Positions 53,188-62,573 of a stretch of 64,000 nucleotides of DNA are shown here, in pieces. The stretch is taken from the NCBI GenBank assembly GCA_002310995.1, contig DBYV01000055.1, positions 12,596 to 76,595 of the forward strand. Direction: 5' to 3'. Each line of letters opens with the position of its first letter. The stretch's first letter is position 1. Source of the DNA: a bacterium UBP6_UBA1177 (lineage in GTDB: Bacteria; UBP6; UBA1177). A model generated the notes under the pieces. That model worked only from the letters and a program-made list of their open reading frames with translations. It searched no databases and was not told the origin of the DNA. Position numbers and translations under genes: made by a program.

Positions 53188-53900
53188 TTCATTTCTTCCC
53201 AGAATTCAGTTGGAATTTGTGAAAGGAGTTCAGGCCTGTTTTCGGCAGTTTTCGCAAGTGCATTGCGAAGTCTCCATGCTTCAATTTTCGCGTGATTTCC
53301 TCCGGTGAGCACTTTCGGAATAGCTAAGCCCCTGAAAACACGTGGCATTGTGTACTGGTCGTGTTCAAGAAGCGGTAGCGAAAAAGATTCATTTTTGAAC
53401 GATTCCTCGTTGCCGAGAACACCCGGAATAAGCCTTGTCACAGCGTCAATAACCGAAAGAGCCGCGGTTTCTCCGCCGGTAAGAACGTAGTCGCCTACAG
53501 AAAGTTCAGTTGCGCCCGTAATTTCGATGAAACGCTGGTCGATTCCTTCGTAGTGACCGCAAACTATAATCAGATGCTCCGCAGTTTCAGCAAATTCAAC
53601 CGCTTTTTTCTGGTTGAAAAGCTTTCCGCGTGGTGACATAACGATTGTTTGTGTTTTTTCGGTTTTGGGAAGAGCTTCCCAGGCCGCTGTTATCACTTCT
53701 GGTTTCATTATGAGCCCCGCCCCGCCGCCGTACGGCGAATCATCGACCTGGCGCCTGTTTCCAAGCCCAAAATCGCGGATCTGGTGCAGACCGAGTTCAA
53801 GAGTTCCGTTATCAAGAGCCCTTTTCATCATGCTGACCGAAAAAGGCGACTCGAAAAATTCAGGGAAAAGTGTCAGAACATCAATTTTCAGGTGCTTCAT
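53184..53900 (-). CDS. trmD: tRNA (guanine37-N1)-methyltransferase
   Basis: Start at ATG 53900 (MKHLKIDVLTLFPEFF). Motifs: DDSPYGGGAGLIM, CGHYEGIDQR and SVGDYVLTGGE. Confidence 0.93.
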   Translation of the reverse strand: MKHLKIDVLTLFPEFFESPFSVSMMKRALDNGTLELGLHQIRDFGLGNRRQVDDSPYGGGAGLIMKPEVITAAWEALPKTEKTQTIVMSPRGKLFNQKKAVEFAETAEHLIIVCGHYEGIDQRFIEITGATELSVGDYVLTGGETAALSVIDAVTRLIPGVLGNEESFKNESFSLPLLEHDQYTMPRVFRGLAIPKVLTGGNHAKIEAWRLRNALAKTAENRPELLSQIPTEFWEEMK

Positions 53901-55971
53901 TTTCAGTTCCTTCCGGCTGTTTTCCTTCTTTAAGCTTTTCCTCGGCTTTTCTCTTAAGTTCCTCTTCAATCTCTTCAGGAGTCATGAAAGGTTCCTTGTT
54001 TCTGCCGATAAGGATTTCGCCTCTTCCTGTCATGCGGTTAAATTCGTCAAATTTGACAGTTTTTCCAGAAAGAAGCGAGGTAAATGAAGTATTTTTCAGC
54101 GTTTCAACGAAATTGCCCATATCACTTTTCTGCGATGCTCCGAGAAGAGAAAGCAGAGTGTCCGCAACTTCAGCCGCAACAGTTTCCGCGAAATATAAAT
54201 CGCGGTTGTTGGCATCTTTAAAAGCCTTTGATATCTTTAGATATTTTTCATTTTTCTCAGACGTATCTGATCGCGGCGCAAAAATCACCATTCCGTCGAT
54301 GAGTTTTCCGAGCTCCTCGATATTTTTCTTGCTGCTCATTATTTCAGAAGGGCCAAGTACAAGAATCTGCTGAATCTCCCAATCGTATCCGTCCTTCCTG
54401 AGTTCCTGCTTTTTGACCGTAACAGCCCTGTTCAGATATTTCTGGTAGTATGCAAATTCAACGTTGAGGTATGGAAACGCCGGAAGAAGACTCGCAGTCT
54501 GCTTCGGATCGGTGAGAACGACAAGAACTTCGAAATTGCATTTTCCAGGAATTCTCTTTATGAAACCGTCGACTGCACGGTTCATCATTGTATTTGTGGT
54601 GAATTTTTCCTTGTTGCGCCACTTGAAAGCGCGGACCGCCTCGTCGTAGTTATCCTGTTTGCCGACAACTTTTTCGACATCGTCCTTGTAAGCCCTGTCT
54701 GCCGGAGCAATATCAATGATATCAGTAACCTGACCACCGGCATCTTCTATTTTTTTCCAATATACGTCGCGCAGGTCTCTGCCGTTTTCATCATCGATGT
54801 AAGCTATCGCGAATTTTGTTTTCTGTCTTTCAGAAACAGCATATTTGACAAGATTTTCAGCCTCAAGGTCTTTTGTCTGACGAACATTGAAAAAAAGCGA
54901 ATTAGGATCTGTACCGAAAGGAATATATGAAATTACAGGAATCGAATACTCCGAAGATTTTGTTATGAAACTTTCCGCAAATTCAGGCGCAAAAAAAGGG
55001 CCGACAACAGCGAAGCACTTGATTTCTTTTGCCTTTTTCATCATATCATCAATCGCCTTTTCACTGTCGTATTCGATAAATTCAGGTTTTATGCCGCCTT
55101 TGTCGAACTTCGTCAGATGCCAGTTCAGGTATGTTTTTATGACTTCGTTGTATTTACTCCACTTGTCGTTCGAAGAAAGCGCGACACAGACTTTTGTCCA
55201 GTCAGGAACATAGCTTTTGTCAAATTCCAGAACTGCAACAGGTTGAATTTCTTCATGAACTCCCGTATTTTCGGGTAGAACTTCAGTCTCGTCCGCTACT
55301 TTTTTATCGGCTTCGTCAATGATGTCTTCTATGCTTTTAGAAGGTGTTTCCTCTGCTGCCGGTTCGGAGTTTCCGTTCAGCGCATTATTGAAATTTCGCC
55401 TGTTTTCTTCGCTTTCATTCAGCCATGCGTCAAATTCCGGCTGAAGGTTGGCTTTCTTTTCATCGTCAAGTTCTTTGTACCACTTTGCCGCGGAATCGAA
55501 CCTTTTTGAGTAGAGATATGCTAAGAAAACCGTTTTGGAAGCGGCAAGTTTCAACTCTTTGTCAAGCTTGAGATAAACCGAGAATATCCATTTCAGCGCT
55601 TCGTTGTAATTTTTTTCCGCAAGTGCCGCATCTCCCGCCATGACATGCGTTTTGTGCGTGAAAGGAGCAACATCTTTAAGTTCCTCGAACACTTTCAGGG
55701 ATTCGCCGTATTTCTGTTGCCTGTAAAGAGCCGTTGCCAGCATGAATTTTATATGATTCGTCTGCCACTTTGCCCATTCGAAAGCAGCAAGTTCTTTGGA
55801 ATAAGCCTCGATTTCAGCAAAATTTTTCTCTGATTCAAGCGATTTATACTTTGTTTCGACTTCCTCCCACTCAGGATTCGCCGGTGTTTCGTTTGCTTCG
55901 ATGGTCGAACAGCTTACCTGAAACGAAACTGCGATAACTATCAGAACAAGTGTCAAAAATCTCATTTTCAT
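53881..55971 (-). CDS. lipoprotein with N-terminal TPR-like repeats and a type-1 periplasmic-binding-fold (LpoA/LppC-like) domain
   Basis: Lipobox SFQVSC. TPR-like helices span the first ~200 aa. FAVVGPFFAPE...IPVISY resembles Leu/Ile/Val-binding-fold proteins. The stop lies 20 nt inside trmD. Confidence 0.4.
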   Translation of the reverse strand: MKMRFLTLVLIVIAVSFQVSCSTIEANETPANPEWEEVETKYKSLESEKNFAEIEAYSKELAAFEWAKWQTNHIKFMLATALYRQQKYGESLKVFEELKDVAPFTHKTHVMAGDAALAEKNYNEALKWIFSVYLKLDKELKLAASKTVFLAYLYSKRFDSAAKWYKELDDEKKANLQPEFDAWLNESEENRRNFNNALNGNSEPAAEETPSKSIEDIIDEADKKVADETEVLPENTGVHEEIQPVAVLEFDKSYVPDWTKVCVALSSNDKWSKYNEVIKTYLNWHLTKFDKGGIKPEFIEYDSEKAIDDMMKKAKEIKCFAVVGPFFAPEFAESFITKSSEYSIPVISYIPFGTDPNSLFFNVRQTKDLEAENLVKYAVSERQKTKFAIAYIDDENGRDLRDVYWKKIEDAGGQVTDIIDIAPADRAYKDDVEKVVGKQDNYDEAVRAFKWRNKEKFTTNTMMNRAVDGFIKRIPGKCNFEVLVVLTDPKQTASLLPAFPYLNVEFAYYQKYLNRAVTVKKQELRKDGYDWEIQQILVLGPSEIMSSKKNIEELGKLIDGMVIFAPRSDTSEKNEKYLKISKAFKDANNRDLYFAETVAAEVADTLLSLLGASQKSDMGNFVETLKNTSFTSLLSGKTVKFDEFNRMTGRGEILIGRNKEPFMTPEEIEEELKRKAEEKLKEGKQPEGTENEAPEN

Positions 55972-56149
55972 AGGTCACCTCACCTTAAAAACGCAGTATT
56001 TTAAGAAAAAACGGCAAATAATCAAGTGATTTTTCCATACTGACGGAACTGCCAAAAGTTGTTTTTAATGCAGAAATCTTTAAAATAGTATGGTATTTTG
56101 TTGGCAACTATTGAAAAATAGTACTTTTAAGCAGTTAGAGAGGTGAATT

Positions 56150-58075
56150 ATGAAAAAAGCGGACGTTTTCCTGTTTATTTTGACTCTAGTGTTCGCATTT
56201 GCAGGATGCGCGGCATCGGACGAAGATGAAGAAGAGATTTCGCTCCCCGACAGCGAGAACGGTGAGGTTTCTGACAACGGAAATCAAGAAACAAACGATT
56301 CGGAAAACAATCCAGGCAATGACGGCGAAAGTTCTTTGCCTGATGCCGATACTGAAGGAGGAAATCAGGAACAACCTGATACTGATACCACCCCTGGCAC
56401 GACATACTGCAATCCAGGAATGAAAGTTTGCGATGCAAGCGATCCGAACAGTGTTTTTCAGTGCAAAGAAGACGGTTCGGGTGTCGAAACTCCGGCTGTC
56501 GAAAAATGTGCCGAAGGTTACTCCTGCCTGAACGGGAGCTGCCAGCCAGGCGCCTGCCTCTCAGGAACCGGCTACGAGGGATGCGAATTCTACACGGCGA
56601 AGCTCAACAATTCGGCAACCGGCAAGGATACCTTCTCGGTCGCATTTGCGAACGCAAACCCTGAAAAAACCGCGACGATCAAGTTTTTCAAGGTCACCGG
56701 CGAGGGGACTGAAGAGCCGATTCCGAACTTTGATTACTGCGAGCAGGTCGAAAAATCCGGCCTCTTTGGCGGCACTTACAACGATATGGACTGCAAAGGC
56801 CACGACTCCTCATTCACAATCACTGTTCCGCCTCAGAGCACCGTCATGGTAATCCCGACAAAGGAACAGCGTATGCTTGACGGAACTGCAGCGAGCTACC
56901 TGAGCTTTCACATCGTTTCGGACCTTCCGATAATCGCGTACCAGTTTAACCCATACTACAACAACTCCTACTCGAACGATGCAAGCCTCCTCTTCCCAAC
57001 AACAAGGCTGGGAACAGAATATTATGTCGCGACCTACGAAAGCCAGAAGGGTTACGACGGCAACGGCATCGCCTATTTCACAGTTATCGGCGCATTCAAC
57101 ACGAACGTCGAGCTTGAGATTACGCCGACAGCTGCCATTCCGGCTGGAAACGGCATTCCCGGCACTGCCGCCGGAGTCCCGATGGTTGTCGAGCTCAAGG
57201 CAGGAGAGGTTCTCAACATAGAAAATGCGTCAAAATTCGATGACTTCACCGGAACTAAAGTCACCTGCAAAAATCCGAACCAGAACTGCGCACCGTTCGT
57301 TGTTTTCGGCGGTCATGCTTGCGCCTACGTTCCGCGCAGCAAGGGCTACTGCGACCACCTCGAGCACCAGCTTCTTCCTGTCAGCCGCTGGGGCCGGAAC
57401 TACGTCGTGGTCAAGACGAAGCCGAGAACCTACGCCCGCGATGTCGTCCGCGTTATCGCAGGCTTTGACGAAACAGAAGTCACTGTCAGCATAATTGATG
57501 ACAACCACGAAAACGGCCAGACGCAGACAGTTTCACTTAACGCCGGTCAGAAACATGAGTTTGATATAATTCAGCATGATACCGACAGCGACTGGTTCCA
57601 ACCGGGCACGGCAAATATCACCGCGACCAAGCCGGTTCAGGTTGTCCAGTTTATGTCCGGCGCAGAGGACATCAGCTCTAGCTGTGCTGACGACAGCCCG
57701 GGCTCATCGCACTCAGGCTGCAACGGCGACCCGGCAATGACCATAATCCCGCCGGTCGAGCAGTACAGACAGGAATACTTCTTCTTCAGCACATCGCTTG
57801 ACGACTACTCGAGCAGCAGCGAATACACTGAAAACTATGTCAGCGTAGTAACGGATGAGGGCTCGGAAATCACACTTGACGAAACTTCGCCCTCGCCAAG
57901 AATGAGCGGTAAAATCATAAACACCGAAAAACTTTTCTATATTTTTGAACTCGACGACTACTTCATGAGTCACCACCTGGCCTGCACGAAGCCCTGCGGC
58001 ATTCAGGTTTACGGCTGGAGCATGGACATCAGTTACATGTATCCTGGCGGGCTTGACCTTAAAGAGCTGAAATAA
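56150..58075 (+). CDS. lipoprotein with an IgGFc-binding-protein N-terminal-like domain
   Basis: Lipobox FAFAGC and an acidic linker. Motifs: GCEFYTAKLNN, PTTRLGTEYYV, GDPAMTIIPPVEQYRQEYFFFS and YGWSMDISYMYPGG. These fit the bacterial IgGFc_binding family as I recall it. Confidence 0.6.
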   Translation: MKKADVFLFILTLVFAFAGCAASDEDEEEISLPDSENGEVSDNGNQETNDSENNPGNDGESSLPDADTEGGNQEQPDTDTTPGTTYCNPGMKVCDASDPNSVFQCKEDGSGVETPAVEKCAEGYSCLNGSCQPGACLSGTGYEGCEFYTAKLNNSATGKDTFSVAFANANPEKTATIKFFKVTGEGTEEPIPNFDYCEQVEKSGLFGGTYNDMDCKGHDSSFTITVPPQSTVMVIPTKEQRMLDGTAASYLSFHIVSDLPIIAYQFNPYYNNSYSNDASLLFPTTRLGTEYYVATYESQKGYDGNGIAYFTVIGAFNTNVELEITPTAAIPAGNGIPGTAAGVPMVVELKAGEVLNIENASKFDDFTGTKVTCKNPNQNCAPFVVFGGHACAYVPRSKGYCDHLEHQLLPVSRWGRNYVVVKTKPRTYARDVVRVIAGFDETEVTVSIIDDNHENGQTQTVSLNAGQKHEFDIIQHDTDSDWFQPGTANITATKPVQVVQFMSGAEDISSSCADDSPGSSHSGCNGDPAMTIIPPVEQYRQEYFFFSTSLDDYSSSSEYTENYVSVVTDEGSEITLDETSPSPRMSGKIINTEKLFYIFELDDYFMSHHLACTKPCGIQVYGWSMDISYMYPGGLDLKELK

Positions 58076-58160
58076 GCCGAATTTATTGAATTTTTCTCTT
58101 TCTTTTTAATCTCTCATCGTTATAATATTACCGCTTTTGTTTAATTTTCGTGAGGTTTTC

Positions 58161-60233
58161 ATGAAAACTCTTCTTTCCATCATGCTGATTTTCCTTTTTA
58201 TTTCGTGCAGCGGCGGTTCAAAAACGCCTGTTGACGATGATGTGGCGGCGGTTGTGCCGGACGAAGATGAGGATATTCTTGATGAAGATTTTGTTGAGGA
58301 CGAAGATGACGAGCCTTCCGCAAAGCCTGATAAGGATTCCGATGATCCTGAAAATGACGAGAATATTGGACCGGAGCCAAATCCCTGTGAAGACGAACCT
58401 TGCAAAGGTGTTGAAAATTCTACGGAAAAGTGTGTTTCATACGGAAAAAACGGTTATGCCTGCGAGTGCAAAAGCAGCTATGTCTGGTTCAGCAGCGAGC
58501 AGAAATGCCTCCCCGTGACAAGCTTTTACGGCACTGTCTGCACCGGACAGACGAAGTGCTACGACATGAAGCAGGAGATAGAATGTCCGAAAGAGGGCGA
58601 AACTTTTTACGGTCAGGACGCTCAATATGCTAAAGCGGGGAAATGTATTCCGAGAAGTTACACCATCAAACAGTACGACGACGGCGAAACGGTCGTTGAC
58701 AACAACACCGGGCTTGAGTGGCAGAGAAAAAGCTCGCTTGATCTGCATGAATATTACTGGGACATATATGCTGAAAAACATTGCGGCTCAATATCTCCGC
58801 TCGGAGGTTACGATGACTGGAAAAATCCGACTGATTCCGATCTCTTGTCGCTGGTCGACATCGGGTACTCAAATCCGGCGATAGACAAGACCTATTTCCC
58901 CGATACTCAGCCTGAATATTTTTTCACCTATATCAGTCGTCAGCCGGCAGGTCATTCATCTGTGACTTACTATCACTTTATCGATTTTAAGAACGGTATT
59001 GCAGGAAATTCCCAAAGTACACCGAGAGAAAATACATGGTTCAGGTGCGTCAGGAAAGCTGAAAACCGAAAGAGTCACTGTTACAACCTCCGTGTTTTTT
59101 CAGGAAAGGACTACAAAATCCGAAACGATGTCCAGCATGGGCTCATTATTCAGGAAGAACCAGTTTCAGGCAAAAACTGGGGGGACGCGCTCTACTACTG
59201 CGAGCATCTGACTTACGCAGGGATCTCCGACTGGAGGCTGCCGAACAAAAATGAAGTTGCAACACTTTACAGCACCAGCGGTTTATGGTCTTCCTCCACT
59301 GTCGAAGGAAGTCCCTCTTCCGCCTGGACAAAAGGGCAATCTGTCTATTCTGTGATTGGAAGTAAAAAGAATACGATGAATGTCGCGTGCGTCGCTTCCA
59401 ATCCATGCGACAAAGGTCATCTCTGGACCGGCGAAAAATGCGCTTCGTATGCGGAACTTTTGTTGAAAGAAGACGGCTGTACCTGCATTGACGGATATGG
59501 AATTGACGATTCTTTCTTGTGTGTGGAACAGTGTACTGAGGATATGTGCGTTGATGCCGAACTTTCTACGGGAAAGTGTGAGACCGATAATGTTATGAAT
59601 GAGTCCTACTGCCAGTGTGAAGAAGGTTATTTCCACATCAGCAGCGGATGCATGACCCCGTGCGAAAAATGTGAAGGTTTGGAAGGCGGTGACGGGACCT
59701 GTTTGGCAACCAGTTTTTACGAATATACCTGCGGCTGTAAGCATGGTTATTTTAACTCTGACAACAAGTGTCTGCCAATATCTGATTGCGACAGTAGTCC
59801 TTTTCCCTGCGTAAAACCTGCAGGGAAACTCATGTGGTTCGCGGCACCGCGCCGTATGAAATGGGAAAATGCAAAACAATACTGCGAAAATCTGATTTAT
59901 CAGGATTATACCGGATGGAGACTTCCAACTATTGACAAGCTCAGAATATTCGAAAGATATTGCGACAATATCAAGCCAGGCGGAGCATGTAAAGTAAGTG
60001 AAGATGACGGCTGTTTGTCGGAAAGCTGCATGGAAAACTGTAAATGTGAAGAATTTTCCGACGGGGAATCTCTGATTCATCAGGATTTTATATGGTCTTC
60101 ATCTTTGCGTTCAGATGACCCTGCTGGTGTTTTTGTTCTATTTCGGAGTTCGATTACAGGACTGGGGACTGTTTCGTCAGTTGACATGGGAAATGACAGC
60201 GGAAAAATCTGGTGTGTTAGAAACATGAACTAA
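58161..60233 (+). CDS. lipoprotein with three DUF1566 modules and EGF-like Cys repeats (paralog A)
   Basis: Signal plus lipobox is MKTLLSIMLIFLFISC. Motifs: CTGQTKCYDM...FYGQDAQY...TGLEWQRK, GISDWRLPNKNEVATLY and YTGWRLPTIDKLRIF...IWCVRN. Confidence 0.8.
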   Translation: MKTLLSIMLIFLFISCSGGSKTPVDDDVAAVVPDEDEDILDEDFVEDEDDEPSAKPDKDSDDPENDENIGPEPNPCEDEPCKGVENSTEKCVSYGKNGYACECKSSYVWFSSEQKCLPVTSFYGTVCTGQTKCYDMKQEIECPKEGETFYGQDAQYAKAGKCIPRSYTIKQYDDGETVVDNNTGLEWQRKSSLDLHEYYWDIYAEKHCGSISPLGGYDDWKNPTDSDLLSLVDIGYSNPAIDKTYFPDTQPEYFFTYISRQPAGHSSVTYYHFIDFKNGIAGNSQSTPRENTWFRCVRKAENRKSHCYNLRVFSGKDYKIRNDVQHGLIIQEEPVSGKNWGDALYYCEHLTYAGISDWRLPNKNEVATLYSTSGLWSSSTVEGSPSSAWTKGQSVYSVIGSKKNTMNVACVASNPCDKGHLWTGEKCASYAELLLKEDGCTCIDGYGIDDSFLCVEQCTEDMCVDAELSTGKCETDNVMNESYCQCEEGYFHISSGCMTPCEKCEGLEGGDGTCLATSFYEYTCGCKHGYFNSDNKCLPISDCDSSPFPCVKPAGKLMWFAAPRRMKWENAKQYCENLIYQDYTGWRLPTIDKLRIFERYCDNIKPGGACKVSEDDGCLSESCMENCKCEEFSDGESLIHQDFIWSSSLRSDDPAGVFVLFRSSITGLGTVSSVDMGNDSGKIWCVRNMN

Positions 60234-60289
60234 ATCTCATGGAAATCAATAAAACCGGCGCAATTGTGAAAAACAACCCTGAAAAATAT

Positions 60290-60482
60290 GGCGCAATCGT
60301 GAAAATTTGCATTTCTGAACCTGCTTTTTCGTGATTTCTTAATTGTTATAGTGCTGATTTTACTGGATTTCTACAGTTTTATTTGTTTTTACTCTCGCAG
60401 CGACAATCTTCATCGGGAGAATCACATCGAGATCGACTTCATTATAGCAAACGGCAAAAAAAATCTCACCGATTGAGGTGAA
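60290..60482 (+). pseudogene. decayed C-terminal fragment of a DUF4143/COG1373-type AAA ATPase gene
   Basis: GAIVKICISE resembles GA.FEN.V.SE, and there is an in-frame TGA at 60331. The fragment continues ...YSRSDNLHRENHIEIDFIIANGKK, then an 8-A run (60456-63). With one A fewer it would read ISPIEV, i.e. the EVDF...IEVK nuclease-like motif. Homology stops at 60482. Confidence 0.6.
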
Positions 60483-60559
60483 TTGCAAACATCTCTTTCT
60501 TTTTGCCCGGATATCACTATAATATCGCCGTTTTTGTTTAATTTTCGCGAGGTTCCGTC

Positions 60560-62533
60560 ATGAAAACTCTTCTTTCCATCATGCTGATTTTCCTTTTTAT
60601 TTCGTGCAGTAACACTGTGAAATCCCTCTCAGACGATGATTCCGCGGCGGTTCTGCCGGACGGGGATGAAAAAAACTATGAAGAAAATGATGTAGATGAT
60701 GTGGAAGATACGGAACAAACCGAAGAAGATGATTCTTTTGATGAGGATGTGACAGAATCTTCATCGCCTGACGAACAGCCTGAAAACAATACTGTGACAA
60801 TATTCAATGGTGCAGTCTGCACCGGTCAGACGAAGTGCTACGACATGGAAAAGGAGATTCAGTGTCCGAAAGAGGGTGAACCGTTTTACGGGCAGGATGC
60901 GCAGTATGCTAAAGCAGGAAAATGCGAGCCGATAAATTATACAATCAAACAGTATAACAACGGAGAAACAGTCATTGACAACAATTCCGGGCTTGAATGG
61001 CAGAAGAAAGTTATTCCGGTCAGGTATGGCAGTTTTGATTCGGCTTCTACATATTGCGAATCGTATTTTGGAATAGGCGGTCATTCTGACTGGCGTCTTC
61101 CGAAACCTTCTGAACAAATGACAATAATTGATTCCGGACATTATAATCCGGCTATAAACGAAACTTATTTTCCTGATACTCTGCCGGAATTTTTTTATTC
61201 CAATGAATACGGAATGACGGCAGGTTTTCAGCATAGAGAAACATATATGGGTGGTGTCGATTTCAAAAGCGGTCTCTATCAAAGCTATATGGTAAGCGAT
61301 ATCGGCGGCGGTTATATGCCGGCTGCTGCTTCTGTCAGATGTCTCAGAACAGCGAAGAAGCCGGCTGACTGCTTGAGGAAAGTTATTAAAAATGATGATT
61401 ATGAGATTTTGCTGGATCTTTCAAATAACCTTGTTTTCAAAAATACAGTCGACTCAGGTAAGAACTGGCAGGGTGCGCTTGATTACTGCGAAAATCTGAC
61501 TTATGCCGGAATATCGGACTGGAGACTCCCGAACAGAAACGAGGTCAACTCTGCCTTGAATGACGGCAGCCATTACTTGTGGACATCAACAACTTCGGTT
61601 TCAAATCCTGCCGAAGCATTGGTGTCACGGAATATTTATTCTGAATATCAGAAAAAAGAGGCGCTTTTCGAAGTACAGTGCGTGGCTTCCAGTCCGTGCA
61701 AAGCCGGAAAAGAGATTTGGAACGGAAAAGAGTGCAAATCATTTTCGGAACTTAATTTGAAAGAGGGCGGCTGTAACTGTCTTGACGGTTATGCATGGGA
61801 AGATTCAAAATGTGTAGAATTGGTTTGTGACAATGATTGCAAGTCTGTCGAACATTCGACAGGCGTTTGTGTAGGATACAGCACTGATTCGACTCACTGC
61901 CAATGCGAGGAAGGAAGTTTCTATAATTATGGCGGAGCATGTGTAAACTTGTGTGACGATGACCCGTGCAAAAGTGTCGCAGGCTCTGACGGAAGCTGTG
62001 AAACATTGAATTATTCAAAATATACATGCGGATGTGCTGACGGGTATTTTTCCAACGGAGGATCCTCGTGTGGTAGACCTGAAAATTGTACATACACAGG
62101 GTGGGTTCCGATTTCTGTCTGTCAGGACTCTTCTTCAAACCTGATGTGGTCTTCATCGAATTCTTCCAATATGTCCTGGAAAGCGGCAAAGCAATACTGT
62201 TCGGAACTCCGTAATGCCGGTTATACAGATTGGAGACTTCCAACTGTTGATGAACTGAGAACATGGTGGTTCTGGTTGAAAATATGTGAAAATATTAAAC
62301 CTGACGGCAAGTGCAAAGTAAGTGAAAAAAGCGGATGTCTTTCCGAAAGCTGTATGGCAGACTGTACCTGTCCCGATGCTGCAGAAGATTACGAAACTTT
62401 TATGTGGTCATCTTCTTTTGTCTCGGATAAGGTAGGCTATGCTTTTGTTCTGTTCAATTTCTCAATGATTGAGGCGAGAAATATAAACGGAGATACTTCC
62501 GGAGAAGTCCGCTGCGTAAGAAACATTGACTAA
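60560..62533 (+). CDS. lipoprotein with three DUF1566 modules and EGF-like Cys repeats (paralog B)
   Basis: The first 50 nt of the CDS are identical to paralog A. Motifs: CTGQTKCYDM...FYGQDAQY...SGLEWQKK, GISDWRLPNRNEVNSAL and YTDWRLPTVDELRTW...VRCVRN. Confidence 0.8.
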   Translation: MKTLLSIMLIFLFISCSNTVKSLSDDDSAAVLPDGDEKNYEENDVDDVEDTEQTEEDDSFDEDVTESSSPDEQPENNTVTIFNGAVCTGQTKCYDMEKEIQCPKEGEPFYGQDAQYAKAGKCEPINYTIKQYNNGETVIDNNSGLEWQKKVIPVRYGSFDSASTYCESYFGIGGHSDWRLPKPSEQMTIIDSGHYNPAINETYFPDTLPEFFYSNEYGMTAGFQHRETYMGGVDFKSGLYQSYMVSDIGGGYMPAAASVRCLRTAKKPADCLRKVIKNDDYEILLDLSNNLVFKNTVDSGKNWQGALDYCENLTYAGISDWRLPNRNEVNSALNDGSHYLWTSTTSVSNPAEALVSRNIYSEYQKKEALFEVQCVASSPCKAGKEIWNGKECKSFSELNLKEGGCNCLDGYAWEDSKCVELVCDNDCKSVEHSTGVCVGYSTDSTHCQCEEGSFYNYGGACVNLCDDDPCKSVAGSDGSCETLNYSKYTCGCADGYFSNGGSSCGRPENCTYTGWVPISVCQDSSSNLMWSSSNSSNMSWKAAKQYCSELRNAGYTDWRLPTVDELRTWWFWLKICENIKPDGKCKVSEKSGCLSESCMADCTCPDAAEDYETFMWSSSFVSDKVGYAFVLFNFSMIEARNINGDTSGEVRCVRNID

Positions 62534-62573
62534 ATCTTAAGAAGATATTTTTCTGTCAGGAAATGCTTGAGCA

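Noticed and set aside
56101-56116. Sigma-54 promoter TTGGCAACTATTGAAA upstream of the IgGFc-binding-like gene
   Set aside because: The spacing and the -12 element do not fit TGGCAC-N5-TTGC: GAAA sits where TTGC is required. No enhancer-binding protein gene is nearby.
58161-62533. Diversity-generating retroelement targeting the C-terminal DUF1566 (C-type-lectin-like) modules of the lipoprotein paralogs. The same idea applies to 6459-10332.
   Set aside because: No reverse transcriptase gene is present. I found no near-identical template/variable repeat pair of ~100 bp. The differences between the paralog C-termini are spread over all bases rather than being adenine-specific. A DGR elsewhere in the genome cannot be excluded.
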